Positions 16,748 through 24,000 of a DNA stretch of 24,000 nucleotides are shown piece after piece. The notes under the pieces were generated by a model that searched no databases, had not been told where the DNA came from, and saw only the letters and a program-made list of their open reading frames with translations. A program made the translations under genes and the position numbers. Location of the stretch: the NCBI GenBank assembly GCA_050486225.1, contig JBJHCV010000001.1:386051-410050 (forward strand). The letters are read 5' to 3'. Source of the stretch: Nitriliruptoraceae bacterium. GTDB lineage: Bacteria; Actinomycetota; Nitriliruptoria; Nitriliruptorales; Nitriliruptoraceae. Numbering within the stretch: the stretch's first letter is position 1; each line of letters begins with the position of its first letter.

Positions 16748-17803
16748 TCACGGCAGGTAGATCTCGCGCAGGGCCTCGACGCGACCGTTGGTCACCGTCA
16801 TCTCGAAGATCGCGAACTCGCCGTTCATGGCGGGACGCGCTCCCGACAGGTAGTCGGCCAGGGGGACATCGACCCGCTCGCACGTGGTCGGGCAGTGGAA
16901 CACCTCGACCACGGCGTCCTCGAGACCGGCGGAGTACACGGTGCCGTCGCCGTCGCGCAGGTAGACGTCGTTGGGCACGTCCTCGTCGGGGCCGATCACG
17001 CCATCCTGCCTGGCCGCGTCGATCGCCTCCTGGCCCGACAGCAGTTCCACCCGTTCGACGTCCACCACCCTCACAGGCGCGTCGATGCGCACGACCCGAA
17101 CCACGTGCTCGCCGTCGGGCAGTCCGAGGCCCTCGACCGGGCCGCCGGTCGGCGCAGGCAGCGGGGTCTGCTCGACGATGGCGTCGACGTACAGGTGCAC
17201 CAGACCCAGATCCTCCGGGGTGAACTCGCCGAGCCGCTCCGCGCACCCGTCGTCGCCGTACGCGGCAGCGTTGATCCAGTACCGCGTGCCGTCCTGTTCG
17301 GCCCAGTACAGGACGTGGCGTTCGACCTCGCGCAGGTCGGCGTCGACCATGCGGAACCCGAGGCGAACGCCCGGGACGCCCCCGACGTCGAACCGGATGG
17401 CCGGGATCTCCTCGAAGGTCCGGTCGGGGCATCCAACCGCGCGGTCCTCCCGCATCGAGGTGATGAACTCGGCGACCTGGGCGTCGAGGTCGGCACCGGC
17501 GGCCCCGGCGTCGACGGGGTACTGGCCGAGTTCGACGACTCCGACATGGCGGTCCCCGTCGGCGAAGCACAGCATGGTGGCCTCGCCGTCACAGTGGGTG
17601 ACCGTCCAGCCGTTGGGCAGGTCGATCAGGAACGGACCCGTCCAGTCCGCGACCATCGGAGGAAGCTCCTCCATCGGCGCGTCGGCGGGTTCCTCGGCCA
17701 CGTCCGGAGGGCTGGGCTCCTCCGGCGTCTCGGACGACTGACAGGCGGCGAGCGCAAGGGCCGTCACCAGGAGAAGTGCCAGGTGCACAGGGGTGCGGGT
17801 CAT
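16748..17803 (-). CDS. Cys-rich lipoprotein of unknown function
   Basis: The track ORF was trimmed to ATG 17803, preceded by GGAGG. The lipoprotein signal is MTRTPVHLALLLVTALALAAC-Q. A Pro/Glu tether follows, and the mature part has 6 Cys beyond the lipobox Cys. I recognise no catalytic motif. Confidence 0.7.
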   Translation of the reverse strand: MTRTPVHLALLLVTALALAACQSSETPEEPSPPDVAEEPADAPMEELPPMVADWTGPFLIDLPNGWTVTHCDGEATMLCFADGDRHVGVVELGQYPVDAGAAGADLDAQVAEFITSMREDRAVGCPDRTFEEIPAIRFDVGGVPGVRLGFRMVDADLREVERHVLYWAEQDGTRYWINAAAYGDDGCAERLGEFTPEDLGLVHLYVDAIVEQTPLPAPTGGPVEGLGLPDGEHVVRVVRIDAPVRVVDVERVELLSGQEAIDAARQDGVIGPDEDVPNDVYLRDGDGTVYSAGLEDAVVEVFHCPTTCERVDVPLADYLSGARPAMNGEFAIFEMTVTNGRVEALREIYLP

Positions 17804-17897
17804 CACGATCCTCCGGGATCCGGCACGTCGGAGGGGGTTCGCGAGCCGGTCAGCCGGTTGGACGCCCACTCCGCCTTCCCGGTTGCACGCCGTGCCG

Positions 17898-18551
17898 TCA
17901 GCGGCGCCGGCGGCGCAGCGAACGCATCCAGCTGACGAATCGGTCGACCTGTCGGGCCGCCCACACGTGCAGGTCTCGCGCCCACTCGTACTCGCGGGCG
18001 AGGATCGCGATGCCGGCGACGGCCGTGAGCGCGCCGGGACCGGGAACGAACGGCGACGCGAACACCGCACTCACCAGCAGCACGGCGATCCCGAGGATGG
18101 TGACCCATACGCGGCGGGCGTGGTGACGGACACTGCGGGGCATCGGGGGGATCGGTGACGTCAGCGACGGGTTGAAGGTGTCGGGCGCGGAGACCTCGCG
18201 GTGCGTCAGAGCAGACAGGACCCGTCCGACGGATCGGGAACGCACGCGGTTGGTGAGGGAAAGTTCGACGTCGACCTCACCCTCGTCCCCGACGAGGCGG
18301 ATCCGCGCGAACTCCTGGTTGCGCTGGTGGATCTGGAAGGCGGACAGACGGGAGATCGGGGTGGACACGTCCGGGACCGACGAACTCGCCACGTGCACCA
18401 GCAAGTTGTGGGTCGTGACCACGAGCACCCCCGGGGCACGGGTGCCCGGAACGTGCGCATGGGTCCACGCCACCAGGTCGTCGTCGCCGTCCAGATGGCG
18501 CAGCACCTGGCCCAGCACCAGGCGCTCACGGAATCGGATCTGACGAGACAT
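17898..18551 (-). CDS. Membrane protein with N-terminal PH-like domain and C-terminal PGPGW-type helical hairpin
   Basis: The track ORF was trimmed to ATG 18551. The N-terminal half has a bacterial PH-like pattern (GVLVVTTHNLLVHV...RIRLVG...VDVELS). The C-terminus (VTILGIAVLLVSAVFASPFVPGPGALTAVAGIAILAREYEWA) matches the PGPGW-family membrane motif. Confidence 0.6.
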   Translation of the reverse strand: MSRQIRFRERLVLGQVLRHLDGDDDLVAWTHAHVPGTRAPGVLVVTTHNLLVHVASSSVPDVSTPISRLSAFQIHQRNQEFARIRLVGDEGEVDVELSLTNRVRSRSVGRVLSALTHREVSAPDTFNPSLTSPIPPMPRSVRHHARRVWVTILGIAVLLVSAVFASPFVPGPGALTAVAGIAILAREYEWARDLHVWAARQVDRFVSWMRSLRRRRR

Positions 18552-18762
18552 GGGACGATCGTACGCAGCCCGCCCGCAGGCGTGGCGATCGAACGGCCAC
18601 GACACATGCCGACACCTGCCGCCCGAGTCTCCCGGGTCGCCGCTCTCCCCACGAATGGCGCTCCGCCTCTGCGACGACACGGTCGACTAGGGTCGCGCGA
18701 CCTTCGATGGCTCGGCGGTCGGCGCGGCCGCTGTTCCATCCTCCACAGCGACAGGACGATGG

Positions 18763-20484
18763 ATGCACGACCTCTCCTCTGCGTACGGTCGGCTGCCCCG
18801 CCGGCGCGTTGGTCGCTGGGCGGCCGCAGCGGCCGTCGCGACCCTGGTGACCGCAGGCGTCGCACTGCCGGGCACGCCGGCGTACGCGGACTCCCACGCG
18901 GTCATGCTCGACAACGATCGCCTCCGCTTCGGGGGCGGCGGCGCGGAGACTGCCTCGGTGGCGAGCCCAGAGGCATCGGTCAGCCCCTCCGGGACTCTCC
19001 GTCAACCCTTCTACTGGTCGACCGCCGACAGCCTCTGGTACCAGTTGACGTACTCGAGTCACCCGCTCGACATCGCCGTCGGTGCCGGCACGGGCGGAGG
19101 GAACTGGCACGGCAACGCCGAGGTGATCGGATCGAACGGATCCAGTGCCCCGCTGCCGACGAGCGGAGGCGTCGTCATCGACGCGTCGGGCTTCTCCGCC
19201 ACCGACACGACGCTCGCGGGCGGCACGGTGCACAAGGGCCACGGGACCGTGGTCTCCACCGTCACGGTGAACGTGGACGGCCGCGACCTGGAGATCCGTC
19301 AGACGTACGTCCTCGGCCCAGATGCCAACTTCGTGCGCACCACCACACGGTTGCGGAACCTGAGCGACGACGCCGCGGAGAACGTCAACCTCTGGGTCGG
19401 TACGACCGACGACTACGTCGGCGCCGAGGACCAACCGGCGAAACGCCGCGGCAACATCGTCGACGGCGAGTTCCGGGTGATCGACGAGATCGGCGACCAC
19501 TCGAACGCCATCGAGGTGACCTCAGGGGGCGAGGGCGTCCTCTTCTACTCCACGACCTCCGGCACCTACACGTTGACGAACGGCTGGTCGGGAACGTTCG
19601 TCAACCAGATCGCCAACCATGCCCCCGACAGTGCGCAGAATCCGATCACGCGGAGCCTCGGGCACGACGGGTCGTACGGGATCTACCTACCGGTGGGTGA
19701 CCTCGATCCCGGTGCCACGACCTCCATCGTCTGGTACTACGCGGCCGGGACGATCGCAGACCTCGGTGACATCGTCTCCGAGGTGAGCGCAGACTCCGGC
19801 GGCTCGAGCGGCGGTGGGGGTGGCGGCAGCGGCGGATCGAGGAGTCCGAGCCCCGAGCCGGAGCCACCGTCGGCCACGTCTGGTCGGCCGGTCACCGATG
19901 CGGACGGCGGACTTCCCGCCCTGCCTGCGGGCCAGTTCACCCAGGTCGTCAACGGGTCGACGCGGTCCCTGTCCGGCACCGTGCTTCCCGACCGATCGGG
20001 GCTGCAGTTCACCGATGGAGGAGTCGCACTCCTCCTCGAGGTCCGTGCTCCGGACGGCAGCCCGATCCCGGTGGACCCAGACGACCGGATCGTGATCACG
20101 CCGGATGACGACGACCGCATCGAGGTGAGTGGCAGCGGCCTGCCGCCGGGCGCGGATGTCGACGTGTGGATCTTCTCCGAACCGGCCCTGCTCGGGTCGA
20201 CCGTCGTGGCCTCGGACGGGACGTTCCGCAACCAGATGGGCCTTCCCGGAGGGATCTCACCCGGGATTCACACGCTGCAGCTCAACGTGTTCGAGGAGGA
20301 CGGCTCCTACCGTTCGGTGGCGATCGGCGTGATCGTCGCGGGAGCTCCGGCGACCGTTCCGGCCGGTGACGGTGGCCTGGTGTCACCGACGAGCCCCCGC
20401 CCCGCGACAGCCACGGGTCTGCTGTCCGCTGCACTGCTCGCGGCGTCTGTGTTCCACCTGCGGCGGGCGCGAACACCGGCGTGA
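18763..20484 (+). CDS. Secreted, probably cell-wall-anchored surface protein (unknown N-terminal domain, Gly/Ser-Pro linker, Ig-like C-terminal module, C-terminal sorting signal)
   Basis: ATG 18763. The signal peptide is RRRVGRWAAAAAVATLVTAGVALPGTPAYA/DS. The linker is SGGSSGGGGGGSGGSRSPSPEPEPP (about 19792-19880). The Ig-like module includes EVSGSGLPPGADVDVWIFSEPALLGSTVVASDGTF...GIHTLQL. The tail has a tripartite sorting signal. Confidence 0.8.
   Translation: MHDLSSAYGRLPRRRVGRWAAAAAVATLVTAGVALPGTPAYADSHAVMLDNDRLRFGGGGAETASVASPEASVSPSGTLRQPFYWSTADSLWYQLTYSSHPLDIAVGAGTGGGNWHGNAEVIGSNGSSAPLPTSGGVVIDASGFSATDTTLAGGTVHKGHGTVVSTVTVNVDGRDLEIRQTYVLGPDANFVRTTTRLRNLSDDAAENVNLWVGTTDDYVGAEDQPAKRRGNIVDGEFRVIDEIGDHSNAIEVTSGGEGVLFYSTTSGTYTLTNGWSGTFVNQIANHAPDSAQNPITRSLGHDGSYGIYLPVGDLDPGATTSIVWYYAAGTIADLGDIVSEVSADSGGSSGGGGGGSGGSRSPSPEPEPPSATSGRPVTDADGGLPALPAGQFTQVVNGSTRSLSGTVLPDRSGLQFTDGGVALLLEVRAPDGSPIPVDPDDRIVITPDDDDRIEVSGSGLPPGADVDVWIFSEPALLGSTVVASDGTFRNQMGLPGGISPGIHTLQLNVFEEDGSYRSVAIGVIVAGAPATVPAGDGGLVSPTSPRPATATGLLSAALLAASVFHLRRARTPA
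20401..20481 (+). other. Tripartite C-terminal sorting signal with non-canonical motif P-A-T-A-T-G
   Basis: PATATG (20401-20418) is followed by the hydrophobic stretch LLSAALLAASVF and then the basic tail HLRRARTPA. The architecture is that of an LPXTG-type signal, but Leu and Pro/Ala are not in canonical positions. Confidence 0.55.
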
Positions 20485-21368
20485 ACCGCCATCGACGCAC
20501 CCGCACTCGCCTGCACGCAACGCTCGACGCCCTGTCGAGCAGGGACGCGCCCCCGGTTCCGACGCGTCAGGGCGACGCGCACGAGCGGATCGCGAGCATG
20601 CGGGAGGCCACCCGGCTCCGAACTCGACACCGCCTCGCCCGCCGTGGCACGGCCGAGGTCGTGGTGGGCCTGGTGCTCCTGGCCGTGACGCCTGTCGCCT
20701 GGCACCTGTCCTCACCATCGGACGACTTCGGGGACCCGGGTTCGCGCATCTCGGCTCCCGAGGACCCGGTCGCCAACGGAGGGTTGGTGACGCCCCGGGT
20801 GGTCGACACGCGCGTCGAACCTGAACCCCCGGGAGCCGGGCCCACTCTCGACCGGAGGGAGGCCGGGAGCGTCCCGGAGCCCGGACCGACGCCGATCTCC
20901 GAACCGAATCCTCCAGAGACCATCCGGATCGCCCGTCGAGGCATCGACGCGAGCGTGGTGCCCGTGGGGCTGCGGAGCGACGGGGCGATGGGCATCCCGC
21001 ACGACGTGCGACAGGTCGGCTGGTACGAACCCGGCCCCCTTCCGGGGCGGCCCGGTGCTGCCGTGTTCGCGGGGCACGTCGACTCGGCGACACAGGGGCC
21101 CGGCGCCTTCTTCGACCTGCGCCTGCTCGAACTCGGCGACGAGGTCGAGGTCGTCCACCGGGACGGCAGCAGCAGCACCTGGGTCGTCCACGCTCGCCAG
21201 AGCCACCGCAAGGAGGACCTTCCGATCGACGCGATCTTCACGGCCGACGGCGACCCGAGGCTCGTCCTCATCACCTGTGGGGGCGACTTCGACGTCGAGG
21301 GCGGCCGGTACCTCGACAACGTCGTGGTCCACGCCCACCCGGCCGAGGGCGGTGGCGGACCCTCGTAG
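20481..21368 (+). CDS. Class F sortase family transpeptidase
   Basis: GTG 20481 overlaps the upstream stop (GTGA); ATG 20598 is an alternative start. It has a TM anchor (AEVVVGLVLLAVTPVAW) and a Pro-rich stalk. The core is IRIARRGIDASVVPVG...VGWYEPGPLPGRPGAAVFAGHVD...LVLITCGGDFD...RYLDNVVVHA, giving a His/Cys/Arg triad in a class-F-like context. Confidence 0.85.
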   Translation: MNRHRRTRTRLHATLDALSSRDAPPVPTRQGDAHERIASMREATRLRTRHRLARRGTAEVVVGLVLLAVTPVAWHLSSPSDDFGDPGSRISAPEDPVANGGLVTPRVVDTRVEPEPPGAGPTLDRREAGSVPEPGPTPISEPNPPETIRIARRGIDASVVPVGLRSDGAMGIPHDVRQVGWYEPGPLPGRPGAAVFAGHVDSATQGPGAFFDLRLLELGDEVEVVHRDGSSSTWVVHARQSHRKEDLPIDAIFTADGDPRLVLITCGGDFDVEGGRYLDNVVVHAHPAEGGGGPS

Positions 21369-21465
21369 GGCACGCTGGAGACGCATTCGCGGTGACGCAT
21401 GTATTCTGTGCCTCGCGATCCCGTCGCCTGACACCCGGCGACCACACCGAGGAGCCGTGCTCGAC

Positions 21466-21639
21466 ATGTGTCGACCGACCACCTGCCGCACCTGCCGCAA
21501 GGCGTCCTGGGCCGGCTGCGGCCAGCACGTCTCCCAGGTCATGCGCGGCGTCGCCGCGTCCGACCGCTGCCGCTGCACCCCGGCGGACCACGCCGCCGCA
21601 CGCCCGACGTCCCTGCTCGGGCGCCTGCTCGGCCGCTGA
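21466..21639 (+). CDS. Small Cys-rich hypothetical protein (57 aa; probable zinc-binding), not called as its own ORF in the track
   Basis: It is hidden in the tail of shadow ORF 21055..21639. The sequence is MCRPTTCRTCRKASWAGCGQHVSQVMRGVAASDRCRCTPADHAAARPTSLLGRLLGR. GC3 is high throughout. GAGGAG lies 11 nt upstream and a TATTCT -10 candidate is at 21402-21407. The CxxxxCxxC...GCGxHV...RCxC pattern recalls a widespread small-protein family that I cannot name. Confidence 0.5.
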   Translation: MCRPTTCRTCRKASWAGCGQHVSQVMRGVAASDRCRCTPADHAAARPTSLLGRLLGR

Positions 21640-21718
21640 CCCCGGAGCACGACCCTCCCGGCGATCACCCCTCGGGCAGCCGCTACCGTCGACGGCGCAC
21701 CCTCCACGAGGACGTCGT

Positions 21719-22924
21719 GTGAAACTCGCGATCCTGTCCCGGGCTCCGGACAGCTACAGCACGCGCCGCCTGGTCCACGCCGGCGAGGAACGTGGGCACC
21801 GTGTCCGCGTGCTCAACACCCTGCGGTTCGCGATCGACCTGTCGGGCGACGAACCCGACCTGCAGTACCGGGGCCGGCCGCTGTCGGACTACGACGCGAT
21901 CATCCCGCGCATCGGCGCATCGATCACGTTCTTCGGCATGGCCGTCGTCCGACAGTTCGAACAGATGGACGTCTACACGCCCACGACGGCGTCCGCGATC
22001 GCGAACTCACGCGACAAGCTGCGCTCGATCCAGATCCTCGCCCGCCACGACATCCGCATCCCCGCGACGACGTTCGTGCGCGACCGCGCCGACGTGCTGC
22101 CCGCCATCGAACGAGTCGGTGGCGCACCCGTCGTGATCAAGCTGCTCGAGGGAACCCAGGGCATCGGTGTGATCCTGGCGCCGGACACCAAGGTGGCCGA
22201 GGCCGTCATCGAGACGTTGCAGAGCACCCGCCAGAACGTGCTGATCCAGCGCTTCATCGCGGAGAGCCGCGGACGTGACGTGCGCGCGTTCGTCATCGGC
22301 GACCGTGTGGTCGCCGCGATGCGGCGGCGCGCCCAGGGCGACGAGTTCCGATCGAACGTCCATCGCGGCGGGACCACCGAGGTCGTCGAACTCGACGAGG
22401 AGTACCAGCGGGTCGCCGTGCAGGCGGCACAGATCATGGGGCTCAAGGTCGCTGGGGTCGACATGCTGGAGAGCGACGACGGACCGATGGTGATGGAGGT
22501 CAACTCGTCCCCGGGCCTCGAGGGCATCGAGACCGCGACGGAACTCGACATCGCCGGCGCGATCATCGACTACGTCGCCAACCAGGTCGCGTTCCCGGAA
22601 CTCGACGTGCGTCAGCGGCTCTCGGTCAGTTCTGGCTACGGCGTCGCCGAACTGCACATCGGTGAGAAGTCCAACCTCGTCGGCCACACGATCGCCGCGT
22701 CTGGCCTGCGTGAACGCGACATCACCGTGCTGACGCTGTCGCGCGGGACGAAGGTGATCCCGAACCCGAGCGGGCGTCGTGAACTCGAGGCGGACGACCG
22801 ACTGCTGTGCTTCGGCCGCCTCGAGGAGATGCGCGACCTGGTGCCCGCACGACGACGCCGGCGTGCTCGCCCGAGCCTCGAGCCCCTGCCGCCCGACGCG
22901 CTCGACGACGTCGACACTGGCTAG
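21719..22924 (+). CDS. rimK: RimK-family ATP-grasp alpha-L-glutamate ligase fused to a C-terminal TrkA_C/RCK_C domain
   Basis: The track ORF was trimmed to GTG 21719, preceded by GAGGA. Residues 1-295 are collinear with E. coli RimK as recalled from memory (KLAILSR, IPRIG, SRDKLRS, GAPVVIKLLEGTQGIGV, DEFRSNVHRGG, AGVDMLES..GPMVMEVNSSPGLEGIE). The roughly 100-aa extension (about 22607-22850, VAELHIGEKSNLVGHTIAASGLRERDITVLTLSRGTKVIPNPSGRRELEADDRLLCFG) fits the RCK_C pattern. Confidence 0.88.
   Translation: MKLAILSRAPDSYSTRRLVHAGEERGHRVRVLNTLRFAIDLSGDEPDLQYRGRPLSDYDAIIPRIGASITFFGMAVVRQFEQMDVYTPTTASAIANSRDKLRSIQILARHDIRIPATTFVRDRADVLPAIERVGGAPVVIKLLEGTQGIGVILAPDTKVAEAVIETLQSTRQNVLIQRFIAESRGRDVRAFVIGDRVVAAMRRRAQGDEFRSNVHRGGTTEVVELDEEYQRVAVQAAQIMGLKVAGVDMLESDDGPMVMEVNSSPGLEGIETATELDIAGAIIDYVANQVAFPELDVRQRLSVSSGYGVAELHIGEKSNLVGHTIAASGLRERDITVLTLSRGTKVIPNPSGRRELEADDRLLCFGRLEEMRDLVPARRRRRARPSLEPLPPDALDDVDTG

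Positions 22925-24000
<1,076 letters not shown>

Noticed and set aside
18691-18702. 12-bp palindrome GGTCGCGCGACC overlapping a TAGGGT -10 candidate upstream of the surface-protein/sortase operon
   Set aside because: At this base composition roughly a dozen 12-bp palindromes are expected per 24 kb. No convincing -35 element is present, so this is too weak to call an operator.
19792-19880. GGC/GGT/AGC-rich repetitive DNA inside the surface-protein gene
   Set aside because: It encodes an in-frame Gly/Ser then Ser-Pro-Glu-Pro linker. This is low-complexity coding sequence, not a tandem-repeat locus or CRISPR-like array.
21466-22924. Small Cys-rich protein plus ATP-grasp ligase as a LysW/LysX-type amino-group carrier system or a graspetide RiPP pair
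   Set aside because: The small protein lacks the acidic EDWGE-type C-terminus of LysW and lacks Thr/Ser-Asp/Glu core repeats of graspetide precursors. The ligase is collinear with bona fide RimK rather than LysX or MdnB/C-like enzymes. The idea is kept only as a generic possible-partner hypothesis.

Overview
About 70% GC, gene-dense chromosomal segment with Actinomycetota-type content. I support 26 protein-coding genes (2 of them partial), 1 tRNA and 1 probable gene remnant. No rRNA, CRISPR array, IS element or integrase was seen. Most long ORFs in the six-frame track are high-GC shadow ORFs or 5' over-extensions, and starts were re-set using ATG/GTG plus Shine-Dalgarno context. Left to right: kup (partial, runs off the window start); a frameshifted TerC-like remnant; a cytochrome b561; tRNA-Ser(CGA); a 5.3-kb accessory-looking catabolic cluster (DapA-like, ornithine-cyclodeaminase-like, orphan lipoprotein SBP, GntR regulator, divergent second DapA-like paralog); tadA; csoR-copZ with a recognisable CsoR box but no copA; a UvrD-like helicase with HRDC domain and an unknown N-terminal extension; a PDZ/Lon-type membrane protease; an SF2 DExH helicase; a Fur-family regulator; uppP; a crcB pair; an envelope operon (PH/PGPGW membrane protein, Cys-rich lipoprotein, membrane-anchored thermonuclease); a large secreted protein with a non-canonical sorting signal, translationally coupled to a class F sortase; an uncalled 57-aa Cys-rich ORF; a RimK ligase fused to a TrkA_C/RCK_C domain; katG (partial). 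The best candidates for something undescribed are the sortase F/substrate pair with an ATATG-type signal, the divergent DapA-pair/OCD/SBP cluster, the RimK-RCK_C fusion with its small Cys-rich neighbour, and the lipoprotein-nuclease envelope operon. All functional calls rest on motif recognition by eye. No database search was possible.
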